Shown: positions 36,976 through 45,129 of the stretch, piece after piece
How positions within the stretch are numbered: position 1 is the stretch's first letter
Layout: each line of letters starts with the position of its first letter
Source of the DNA: a virus
Reading direction: 5' to 3' (one strand)
Length of the DNA: 64,000 nt
Virus record (IMG/VR): IMGVR_UViG_3300043331_000441
Span: 66,557-130,556 of that record
The notes under the pieces: model-generated
The model's input: the letters and a program-made list of their open reading frames with translations, nothing else
Database searches by the model: none
Told to the model about the DNA's origin: nothing
Translations under genes and position numbers: made by a program

Positions 36976-37296
36976 TTACGTGTATTCATCTCCTGAAATC
37001 GTGAGAGTCAGGATGTTGTTCGTTCCTCCGAACGCCTGGATCACTTCGGCGGCGGCGAGCACGTGGTAACAGAAGTGCTCGTACACCGAGTCGGCCGCGA
37101 TAGCGAGGCCATCGAACAATCTCGTTCCCGCCGCGTCAGTGCCGATCGACAATGTGAAATCGACCGGCGACCCGGATGGGTTCGAGATGTGGATATGCCG
37201 TACGACCGTCGTTGTTGACCCAGGCACCGTGTACTTCGTCGCAGCCGCGTTAGAGACCTGCGCCGGGCCTGCGAGTCGCTTCGGGGTGCGGGCCAT
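36976..37296 (-). CDS. stand-alone copy of the ~100-aa repeated module
   Basis: 106 aa; KRLAGP...NPSGSPVDFTLSIG...G.EYT; directly after the major tail protein. Confidence 0.78.
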   Translation of the reverse strand: MARTPKRLAGPAQVSNAAATKYTVPGSTTTVVRHIHISNPSGSPVDFTLSIGTDAAGTRLFDGLAIAADSVYEHFCYHVLAAAEVIQAFGGTNNILTLTISGDEYT

Positions 37297-37310
37297 CTAC
37301 CTGCCTCCTC

Positions 37311-37970
37311 TCAGCTGGACGGAGTGACGTTGGCGAAGGCACAATCAGCTGCCGGAGGCTCGACGTCCGTCTTCCACCAGCCGCCCTCGGAGATGTCCTG
37401 GGCATCAGGCGGACCATCGCCATACGGGCCATCGCCCCAGTTCAGATTCGTGCGCGAGAACCCGTTCAGCGTCGGAAGCGCAATTGCCTCCTCGAACGTG
37501 TTGTCGCCGATCTGCCAGACCGTCTTCGGGAAGACCCAGTGGATCCACGGGTACGTCCCGTCCTGACCTGAGCCGACCACGTGCTTCGTCCAGAACTCAA
37601 GCGCGACCGCCGGTTCGTCCTCATCACACGCGAGGGCGCCCGAGAAGGCCTGGCCGACGATGTCTGCCCCATCCTCGATGGTCGGCGAACCGAGCATCAG
37701 TGACATCAGGGCAGGCTCCAGTGCCGCGTTCTGGAACGCGAACTCGAACCAGTTAAAGGTGTCGTTCGCCTTGAAGCGAGCAACCGAACAGCCGCACCCG
37801 TTGCGCTGCGAGAAGGTGTCACCCGTCTCGATGTTCGGGGTAAGGCTGACCGACGTGACCTTGTCAGTCACGTACGAGTTGTTCGCCGTGCCGATCACGT
37901 TGCCGCTCGCGTCGACGGTCGTCACCCGCAGGCGGCAGATTCCGAAACTCACGCCACAGTTCACAGCCAT
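37311..37970 (-). CDS. major tail (tube) protein
   Basis: 219 aa; RVT.VD..G........G.....N.CG...A.E.W....YW.FP motif of actinophage tube proteins. Confidence 0.85.
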   Translation of the reverse strand: MAVNCGVSFGICRLRVTTVDASGNVIGTANNSYVTDKVTSVSLTPNIETGDTFSQRNGCGCSVARFKANDTFNWFEFAFQNAALEPALMSLMLGSPTIEDGADIVGQAFSGALACDEDEPAVALEFWTKHVVGSGQDGTYPWIHWVFPKTVWQIGDNTFEEAIALPTLNGFSRTNLNWGDGPYGDGPPDAQDISEGGWWKTDVEPPAADCAFANVTPSS

Positions 37971-38026
37971 GGCTTACTTCCTCCTTTCGGCGTCTGTCGC
38001 CGACTTTCGCTTCGTGATGACGACCA

Positions 38027-38857
38027 TCACGAATCCCAATCCACCAGGACAGCGACCTGCAGTTGCGTGTCCCAGGTCACGAGCACGTACCTCTCGGCAC
38101 GGAACGTGACGTCGTTGTTTGAGCGGTCGAGGACGTCCTTGATGTCAAGCACCGCAAGCGGGGCGAGCCGCACTTCCACCGGCCCCGTTGCATAGACCCA
38201 GGACTCCCCGGCTCCTGCCTCGGCACGACCCGAAGGGGTCGCACCGGTGTATCCGCCGCCTGCCACAACCCTTGTTCCGTTGGCGGTGACAAGGGCATCG
38301 AGCGGTTCCGGATCGAACCAACGGGAAACAACAGGCGGTGTGGCATGGATCAATCCCTGTTTGCCCGTCTTGCCGATCTCCTCTTCCAGGTACGCGAGCG
38401 CAACAGCGGGCGGCTTGGCCGTCGCTCCTGCGTCCGAGAGGGTGTGTGCCGCGTCCGCCAGAAACGGATTCGTGGCAACACCGGTTCCCTGGGAGAGCTG
38501 CATTTCGACGCTGTATGACTGCACAGCGTTCATTGCGATCTCAGCCCGATTCGCGAATTCTTCGGGATCACCAATCGACATCGCAGAACATGTGATCGGC
38601 AAGTACGAAACAAAGCTCGCGAAGTGCGGGCTATCCACGCCCGAACCCTCGTCTTTCGTGCGAAATGTCCCTGTTGAACACGGGTCCCATTCGCCCGGAA
38701 GATCCTCTGGGTACGGGTAGACGGCCGCCCCGCTGAGCCAATGCTCATCGCCTGGCGGTACGACAACTCCCGGCGTGTTGAGCAAAGAGTGCGGCGGTGC
38801 GACCGGCAGATGACCGTCGTCAAGGACGACGGGCGGGCCAAACGTCAGATTGCTCAC
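38027..38857 (-). CDS. second capsid protein (pentamer/minor capsid type, cluster-B-like)
   Basis: 276 aa directly after the MCP; W..C....K......F..Y....C...VE..L...HA pattern. Confidence 0.65.
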   Translation of the reverse strand: MSNLTFGPPVVLDDGHLPVAPPHSLLNTPGVVVPPGDEHWLSGAAVYPYPEDLPGEWDPCSTGTFRTKDEGSGVDSPHFASFVSYLPITCSAMSIGDPEEFANRAEIAMNAVQSYSVEMQLSQGTGVATNPFLADAAHTLSDAGATAKPPAVALAYLEEEIGKTGKQGLIHATPPVVSRWFDPEPLDALVTANGTRVVAGGGYTGATPSGRAEAGAGESWVYATGPVEVRLAPLAVLDIKDVLDRSNNDVTFRAERYVLVTWDTQLQVAVLVDWDS

Positions 38858-38879
38858 GTAGCCCTCCTATGAGCATGGC

Positions 38880-38905
38880 CGGGGAGGCGGTTGCCCGCCT
38901 CCCCG
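38880..38905. terminator. GC-rich hairpin after the major capsid gene (attenuator or terminator)
   Basis: CGGGGAGGCGG-TTGC-CCGCCTCCCCG, 11-bp stem. Confidence 0.6.
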
Positions 38906-38942
38906 TAGTCATCTGCCATCCGCACGTCGATCCTCAGCTCAA

Positions 38943-40736
38943 TCAGCAGGAGATCGCCGTGCCCGCCGCCGGGAATGATCCGGCCGGGCAGATCGTCACA
39001 GTCGCCCAGCGGGCAGCCTGTGTCGGTCCGATCCGTGCCACGTTCTCGAACGTCTCGCCGAACACCTGGTAGTCGTTCGTCGAGTTGAGCGTCGAGTCGC
39101 GGACGATGCCCAGCTCCAGGACGCCGCCGTCGAGGTGCAGGAACGTGCCCTCCGGGAAGAGCGCGATCTGCGCGTCATCCGGGAAGTCGTCGATCGCGGA
39201 CGCCGTCTCATCCGAGAAGCCCTGAGTCGTGCCCGTGCTCGGCGTGTCCTTGTACCACGTCGGCTCAACGCCGTAGGCGCGGAGGTTGGCGGTTGCCTCC
39301 TCCATTGCCATGAACCGGTCGAACTGCGCCGACACCTGGTCGGTGACCAGAAGGTCAGGCAGCCACTCCGGAGCCAGCATCCGCAGGCGGAAGTTGCGGT
39401 CGAGGCGGAGCACGTACCGCATCGAGGCCCGCGTCCGCGTCACGGCATAGACGAAGTGCGACCACGCGCTGAGCGTTGCCGCGCCACCCGTGACGTTGAT
39501 CGAGAGCGCCTTGATGCGATCGAGCAGCCGGGCCTCAGCCGTGCGTGCATGGGCTGCCATCGTGATCGCGTTCTCGTGCGCGATTCCCTCCGGCCATGCG
39601 CGCGCGTTGAGGTTTCCGTACTCGCGGCAATGCGAGATGATCCCGATCGCAACATCTGTCCACGTCGGGCACGTGAGGTCCTGACAGGACTTGGTGGCAA
39701 ACGTTCCGCCAGCCGCGTCGCCCTCTTCCTCAATCACCGTGATCGCCGTCGAGATGTCACCGATCGTCGAAACCGACGGCACCGAAATGCCGCCACGCTC
39801 GGCCTGGAACGAAGGAAGCGCATCCCGCACCGGGCGGTCGGTGACCGCGAGGTCAGGGATGTCATACAGCGGCGTCAGCGGTGCGCAAAGACCACCCGAA
39901 GCAACAAGTGCCTTCTGGCCGTCAACGCCGAGGTACGGGTTACCAATTGCCCGGATCTTGCGAACGTTGGCCGCGTGATCGCCATCGAGCAGGCGGCGAT
40001 CCTCCGGGAACTGGTACTGCGCCGAGGCAATCAGCAGCTTCTCTTCGACACCATGCTGATGCTTGGTCGGCGGGGAACGCCGCGAGACGTAGTCGATCAT
40101 CGACTTCGCGAGCGTGTAAGCATCGAGATGCACGCCTGCGCGTGTTCCCTCGACACCAGAGGCGGCGACAAGCACCGGCCGCGTCGGGCCAGCATCGCCA
40201 GGGGTGCGGTCGGCGTCTGCAACCGGAACAGGCCGTCGATAAACGACCTGCGGTGCCGACGGGCGCGGCGGGGCGGCCGGAACAGGCTTCGGCTCCGGCG
40301 TCTCGTCAGCCGATGCGACGAGAACGGCCTCCTTCTCCTCCTCTTCAACTTCCTCGACAGCCTCGACCTCTTCAGCCTCGGCCTCGGCCTCGACTTCGTC
40401 GCCGCTGTCGTCGCCCTCGTCGCCGTCGTCGTCACCATCGGACTCTTCAGCCTCAGCGACCGGCGGGCGGACCTGGTGAATCTTGTCGAGCTTCGCCTGC
40501 TGGTAGGCGGCCTCAGCCTCTACACGCGCCTGCTGCAGCTCGGTGATCTGCTTGATCTGCTCGACGCCCAGTTCGAGCTGAGCAAGAACCTCTTCGGCTG
40601 ACATGTCGCCGATGTAGGTCGGGTCGTCAGCCTCGATCTTGGACAGTGCGACCTCATGGTCCTCCAAGAGAGACTGGAGTTCCTCATCCGACAGAGCGGC
40701 GAGATCCTCAGGCAGTTCCGGAAAAAGGGGATCCAT
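38943..40736 (-). CDS. major capsid protein with an acidic N-terminal scaffold domain
   Basis: 597 aa; Glu-rich helical N-terminus; ALVASGGLCAP..P.YD, LP.FQAERGGI, FP.GTF..LDGG.L.LG.VRDSTL..TND. Confidence 0.9.
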   Translation of the reverse strand: MDPLFPELPEDLAALSDEELQSLLEDHEVALSKIEADDPTYIGDMSAEEVLAQLELGVEQIKQITELQQARVEAEAAYQQAKLDKIHQVRPPVAEAEESDGDDDGDEGDDSGDEVEAEAEAEEVEAVEEVEEEEKEAVLVASADETPEPKPVPAAPPRPSAPQVVYRRPVPVADADRTPGDAGPTRPVLVAASGVEGTRAGVHLDAYTLAKSMIDYVSRRSPPTKHQHGVEEKLLIASAQYQFPEDRRLLDGDHAANVRKIRAIGNPYLGVDGQKALVASGGLCAPLTPLYDIPDLAVTDRPVRDALPSFQAERGGISVPSVSTIGDISTAITVIEEEGDAAGGTFATKSCQDLTCPTWTDVAIGIISHCREYGNLNARAWPEGIAHENAITMAAHARTAEARLLDRIKALSINVTGGAATLSAWSHFVYAVTRTRASMRYVLRLDRNFRLRMLAPEWLPDLLVTDQVSAQFDRFMAMEEATANLRAYGVEPTWYKDTPSTGTTQGFSDETASAIDDFPDDAQIALFPEGTFLHLDGGVLELGIVRDSTLNSTNDYQVFGETFENVARIGPTQAARWATVTICPAGSFPAAGTAISC

Positions 40737-40817
40737 TTCGACTCCTTCTTGACGTGTTAACTCACGCCTGGAGTCCCCTGGACCCGGCTACCGGGGGGCG
40801 CCCCGCGCCGACCCGCT

Positions 40818-41009
40818 ATGCGCAGAGTAGATACTGCTGCGGACGTAAGACAAATGACTCGTCATTACTGGAATCCACAGGGCCGATTGTGTAAGGTCAT
40901 GGTGATGAGTCGCTGGCAGGCATCGGCCTCCTTGCGAAGGCACTCCGAACTGGATGCCTTCGAGTACGCCTGCCCGCGCATCAACGTCACGGGCAAGGGA
41001 CCCCTCTAA
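40818..41009 (+). CDS. small hypothetical protein of the plus-strand island
   Basis: 63-aa ORF (alternative start 40854), co-oriented with the next two genes. Confidence 0.4.
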   Translation: MRRVDTAADVRQMTRHYWNPQGRLCKVMVMSRWQASASLRRHSELDAFEYACPRINVTGKGPL

Positions 41010-41024
41010 GAAAGCGGGCTGGTC

Positions 41025-41240
41025 ATGACGACGTCCCGCACTACGGCGGGGCGGTCGGTGGCCATTCGGCTCTCGGAAGTTCCCGTCAAGATTCGTCGCC
41101 GCTACGGCCATGCGCTGTACGAGGCGGCGGTGCTCGACCGCGATCTGACGCTTGCGGCGCAGCTTCACGCTGCCGTCGAGTCCCCGTCTGATCGCGTCTA
41201 CTGGCTGCCTGAGAAGGCCGTCCGAAAGGTGCTGCGCTGA
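41025..41240 (+). CDS. small hypothetical protein
   Basis: 71 aa; TGATG-coupled to the HNH gene. Confidence 0.55.
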   Translation: MTTSRTTAGRSVAIRLSEVPVKIRRRYGHALYEAAVLDRDLTLAAQLHAAVESPSDRVYWLPEKAVRKVLR

Positions 41241-41623
41241 TGTCGACCTTCGTTAAGCAGGGATACATCAGAATCAGCCCGTCGCTGACTGACAACCGCA
41301 TGTCAGGACGTGAAAAGGTCGTACAGGAGCGGGTTTGTCGTGTTTGCGCATCCGGAGAGGACATGACACGTCATCACCTTGTGCCGCTGTCATGGTTCTT
41401 CTCGCCAAAGGGTTCGCATCTGCGCGGTATCCGCAACGCGAACGCGAACATCGTGCCGCTTTGCGAGATGTGTCACCGGCTGGTCGATGGTGTGCGCGAT
41501 CCCGTATTGCGGCTCAAGAAGCGGGCTGCACTACGCGAACGGCTTGGCTCGAACGAAATCGCGTTCATCCTCCAGGTACGCGGGCGGCAGTGGCTTGACC
41601 ACAACTATCCCCGTAATCCATAA
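41240..41623 (+). CDS. HNH endonuclease
   Basis: CRVC...RHHLVP...NIVPLCEMCH zinc/HNH motif. Confidence 0.88.
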   Translation: MSTFVKQGYIRISPSLTDNRMSGREKVVQERVCRVCASGEDMTRHHLVPLSWFFSPKGSHLRGIRNANANIVPLCEMCHRLVDGVRDPVLRLKKRAALRERLGSNEIAFILQVRGRQWLDHNYPRNP

Positions 41624-41656
41624 TGTGAACGCAAGCAGCCACGCGCTGCTCACGAA

Positions 41657-41689
41657 ACACAAAGAGGCCCAGGAAGGGCCTCTTTGTGT
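41657..41689. terminator. bidirectional terminator between convergent genes
   Basis: ACACAAAGAGGCCC-AGGAA-GGGCCTCTTTGTGT. Confidence 0.8.
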
Positions 41690-41713
41690 GAGCGACTACC
41701 TGTCGAGTTGAGC

Positions 41714-41983
41714 TTACTCGTCGCGTCCGTAGGCGCGGTCCCTCGCGCGGCGCAAGTTTCGAATCAGCTCGTTGATTCCTCGTCGATCGAGCGTGACGTA
41801 CCAGCCGTCTCCCTCTGGAATCTCCAGAGCATCGTGGGTGACGGTCGCACGACCGACGCTAGCAACCTGAACGTATTCCCTCCCCCAGGCCACCTTAACG
41901 AGAACCTCCGATTCCTCAGAGAGGTTCTCGGAACTCCGCACGTATTCCACGGGCATCACGCCCTCCTGTTCGTCCCACATCAC
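41714..41983 (-). CDS. conserved actinophage hypothetical protein
   Basis: V.V.W....VQVA...GW...LDR..IN.LIR.LRRARD.AYG.DE pattern. Confidence 0.72.
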   Translation of the reverse strand: MMWDEQEGVMPVEYVRSSENLSEESEVLVKVAWGREYVQVASVGRATVTHDALEIPEGDGWYVTLDRRGINELIRNLRRARDRAYGRDE

Positions 41984-42022
41984 ACGGGGTATGCGACGAA
42001 CGTATCAGCTTCAAGAACGAAC

Positions 42023-42050
42023 AAAAAGCCCGGAGTCGTCCGGGCTTTTT
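42023..42050. terminator. intrinsic terminator (A-tract, stem, T-tract)
   Basis: AAAAAGCCCGGA-GTCG-TCCGGGCTTTTT. Confidence 0.85.
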
Positions 42051-42181
42051 GTGCGCTCACGGGGCTGACCCTAATCCCTGCCGTCAACGCCGAAGCTCGG
42101 GCCTGCTACCACCGACTGCGCCAGCCGCCGATGGGGGACTCTGGCTCGGGAGAGTGATCCCGATGTTGCGCAGACGGAATC

Positions 42182-42883
42182 TTACAGCAGATCGTCAATG
42201 AAGGCGATGGCGCGGCGACCTTTGTCACCACGTCGTTCGTCACGATGCACCGTCGAAGGCAAATCGTCCGGGTGTTCGACGAGACAAGGGACAGTCGCCC
42301 AGAACAAACGCTTCTGCGTGCGCGCCCAGTAGCCGATCACGGCATCGTCCGAGCTGTGGGGCACCGGAACCGGGATCTTGGCGGTCGCGTACCAGGCCAG
42401 GAAGTCAGCGAGCTGTTGGATCGGCCAGACAAGCGCGACGACATGGTGGATGTCGCGGAAGTAGACCGGCGACCAATGGTCACCGGTAGCAAGCGCGCCT
42501 AGAAAGTCCGTGCGTGTGCGGCCAGGGAGGCCGCCGACGAAAAGTGAGACCACGTCCCCCGGTCTCTCGTCGACGGCCTCCCTGATGCGCGAGGCCGCTT
42601 GCTGGCAAGGTAGCGCGTCGTCTTGGATAACGCAAAGGTGCGTTATGTCCGAAGGTGGATTCTCAAGACACTTGAGATAACCACGCATTGGTCTACGCCG
42701 CTCACTCCCCGGATGATCGGTAATGACTTCCGCGCCAGCGGGGAGTAGCGGAAGAATGCGCCCCAAGGCGTCATCGCGTCCAGCCATGTGCTGGACGCGA
42801 TACGCGATTCTTACTTCTTCGCCCCGAACCCCGTCGTCCCGTTGGCCTTGATCGGCTTCAACTCCATCATCATTTCGTCCCAC
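42182..42883 (-). CDS. GT-A-fold glycosyltransferase-like protein (start uncertain)
   Basis: HLCVIQDDALPC DxD-like motif; DD.VIG.W....VPCLVEH.D.PS. Confidence 0.68.
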   Translation of the reverse strand: MGRNDDGVEADQGQRDDGVRGEEVRIAYRVQHMAGRDDALGRILPLLPAGAEVITDHPGSERRRPMRGYLKCLENPPSDITHLCVIQDDALPCQQAASRIREAVDERPGDVVSLFVGGLPGRTRTDFLGALATGDHWSPVYFRDIHHVVALVWPIQQLADFLAWYATAKIPVPVPHSSDDAVIGYWARTQKRLFWATVPCLVEHPDDLPSTVHRDERRGDKGRRAIAFIDDLL

Positions 42884-42954
42884 ACGCGCACGTTACCCTT
42901 CTCATCAACAAGAACGCGGGTTTCGCACTTCGGAAGCCAGATCTCTTTCTTCAC
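42811..42954 (-). CDS. 47-aa hypothetical protein
   Basis: GTGA-coupled; MKKEIWLPKCETRVLVDEKGNVRVWDEMMMELKPIKANGTTGFGAKK. Confidence 0.5.
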   Translation of the reverse strand: MKKEIWLPKCETRVLVDEKGNVRVWDEMMMELKPIKANGTTGFGAKK

Positions 42955-43232
42955 GACCTCCCCTTGGGCAGCGTAAACCCAACGGCGTTACCTTCGCCAT
43001 CCTCGATGACGTCGCCACCGACCAGCTCTGCAACTTTTTCGGGTGGGAAGTTCTTGCTGTACTCAGCAAGTACCTCCCCCCAAAACTGGGCCAACTCGCG
43101 GTTGGCGATGTCCACCATCATGTTGCGGTCGGGCGACCGAGTGAGTTCTTGATCCTGGGAACGTCGTAGCGCCTTGCCCGCAAGAGAAGCGATTTCTTCA
43201 CGAACAACTGTGCGCACTTCGTCTTCAGTCAT
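42951..43232 (-). CDS. hypothetical protein (93 aa)
   Basis: Start re-assigned to ATG 43232, which overlaps the protease stop. Confidence 0.6.
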   Translation of the reverse strand: MTEDEVRTVVREEIASLAGKALRRSQDQELTRSPDRNMMVDIANRELAQFWGEVLAEYSKNFPPEKVAELVGGDVIEDGEGNAVGFTLPKGRS

Positions 43233-45126
43233 TGCTGCACCCAAGAACGCCTTCCCGCCGTGAGATATGTGCGCGAACCCTGTTGCGCTTCGCTGCAGGT
43301 GCTCGGCCGATTGCCCGCCGCGCGTTGATCGCCGACGTTCCGTCGCCTGTGCACTTCGTGATCGGGAACGACCCATCCGGCAATGCGACTCCACTCTTAG
43401 CCCACCGTCTCCGCTGTGCCGCGGTCGGCGCGAACTCAGCTTCGAGTTCGTCGGCGGTCATCCAGATCGTGTCCTCCGTCACTGTTCCCACGGTCTTGAT
43501 CTCGTCAAGCACGTCCTCAGACACCTCGATCATCTGCGGGGCTGCCGCCATCGACGTGTCCTCATCCATCTTCTTCTTCTTGCGCGGCTTCTTCTTTGCC
43601 AGCTGGATCGTGCGACGAGCCTCTGACTTCAGCGTTTCAACGCGACGCTGTACTGCCCGCGAAGGCGCCCCCGGCTCGGCGAAGCCGGAGGCGAAGAGAG
43701 CGACGACGCGCTCGTCCACGCCAGAGGCGACAAGCGCTGCCTCATAGCGAGGAACCGGGAACCCGGCCACGGGTACAGACAGCGCGGCGCAAAGCTCCAA
43801 GCGCCCGTTTTCCTCGCGCCAGTCCCCGGAAGGGGGGTTTGCTTCCATGTCACGGACACGCTCGGCCGGGCAATCAGAGCGAACAGCGCCCGAAAGCCAG
43901 ATGCCGTAATTGCCGTCCTTGGCGCGCACAAACGCGCCGACTGTGCCTGTCTTGTCGTAATGCTCGATTGCGCCTTGCGTGCCGAGGTACGGGCTAACGC
44001 TGGCGTGACCATCCGCGCCGACAGTGATGCGGCCGACGTTGACCTTCTCGCCCTCTGCGGTAGTCAGGGAGCCGGTGTGGAAATAGGCGTAGCCTGACTT
44101 TGAGCGCGGAGCCATCTCGCAGGTGGCACCAACTGCACGGTGGCATTGGTTCCAGAGTGCGAGATGCCCAAACACGTGTCCGTCAGCGGTGATCGTCAAC
44201 GGGCACGGGCCATCCGTCTCTTCCATATAGAACCAGTCCTTCGGCGGCTTCAGTGGTGCGATCCCTGCGGCCGAAGCAGTAAGCACACGGCGGATCGGGA
44301 ACGCCGACGCGACAACAACCTTGTCGGGCGTCTCGACGATCTGCATCGTTGCGTCCTCGAACGCCTGGAACGGGCACAGGGTCGCGCCCATGATGCTGCC
44401 TTCAAACCCGCGCACGAAGTTGCCGCCGAGCAGATCCATCAGATCCATCTCGCCCTCGTCGAGCGGCTCTAGCGTTTCTGGATCAAGCAAATGCGTGGCG
44501 CTCTGCGCGAAGTCGATCGAGACTCCGCGTAGCACTTCCTCTTCAAGTAGGTCGTGTGCGCGCTGTCCGTCCTCGTTGTCGGCGAAGACGCCCGATCCCA
44601 TAATGGCGACCGCCCCGTCTCCGAGATCAGGGCGGTCCTCACGCCAGATGTTGGTGATCTTCCCTGCGACCCACGCGCCCTGATGGCCATCGTTCGTCTC
44701 TGTCTGCGCCATCAAGGTGAGCGGCAGGTCGCGATGAGTGATCTTGCCTGGCATCAGATAGCGGTTGTCGCTCGTCTTGATGCCTTCGACCGCAAGCACG
44801 CCCTCCCAGGTCGGGCTATCTTCCTCGGCCATATCGTCCTCGACGATTTCGTCATCAACTGCTGGTGCGGCTGTCAACGTCCACGTCATCGTTCCGTCTG
44901 CGGTGCTGGATACGGCCGTCGTTGGCCCGACGAATGTCCAGAGCGGATTAGGCTCGACCGTCGCCATAGTTTCCTCCTCTGCGCTAGCGGCTCCGCTCGC
45001 GTAGAGAGCCTTCTGATGTGCGCGAGCCTTCTCCTTTGTGTCGTGGCAACCGCCGGGCACCGGCGTCCGCCTCCCGACTGGAATAACGCAGTACTTGCTT
45101 CCTCTCTTGTGAACCTTCCAGGGCAC
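43225..45126 (-). CDS. capsid maturation protease (cluster-B-like) with a C-terminal ALPDGSFPI domain
   Basis: TSDNR..PG.I.HRDLP..L..Q....H.GA...G.I; PP..WF...PLTI..DG.VFGH.A.W..CH; lies between portal and MCP. Confidence 0.8.
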   Translation of the reverse strand: MPWKVHKRGSKYCVIPVGRRTPVPGGCHDTKEKARAHQKALYASGAASAEEETMATVEPNPLWTFVGPTTAVSSTADGTMTWTLTAAPAVDDEIVEDDMAEEDSPTWEGVLAVEGIKTSDNRYLMPGKITHRDLPLTLMAQTETNDGHQGAWVAGKITNIWREDRPDLGDGAVAIMGSGVFADNEDGQRAHDLLEEEVLRGVSIDFAQSATHLLDPETLEPLDEGEMDLMDLLGGNFVRGFEGSIMGATLCPFQAFEDATMQIVETPDKVVVASAFPIRRVLTASAAGIAPLKPPKDWFYMEETDGPCPLTITADGHVFGHLALWNQCHRAVGATCEMAPRSKSGYAYFHTGSLTTAEGEKVNVGRITVGADGHASVSPYLGTQGAIEHYDKTGTVGAFVRAKDGNYGIWLSGAVRSDCPAERVRDMEANPPSGDWREENGRLELCAALSVPVAGFPVPRYEAALVASGVDERVVALFASGFAEPGAPSRAVQRRVETLKSEARRTIQLAKKKPRKKKKMDEDTSMAAAPQMIEVSEDVLDEIKTVGTVTEDTIWMTADELEAEFAPTAAQRRRWAKSGVALPDGSFPITKCTGDGTSAINARRAIGRAPAAKRNRVRAHISRREGVLGCSND

Positions 45127-45129
45127 GGA

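Noticed and set aside
39135-40601. 488-aa plus-strand ORF, and similar ones at 21297..22286 and 60139..61026
   Set aside because: Antisense to well-supported MCP, GT4 and terS genes; typical of high-GC codon bias
40770-40815. GC-rich stretch upstream of the MCP as a riboswitch or terminator
   Set aside because: Only short imperfect stems and no recognisable aptamer consensus
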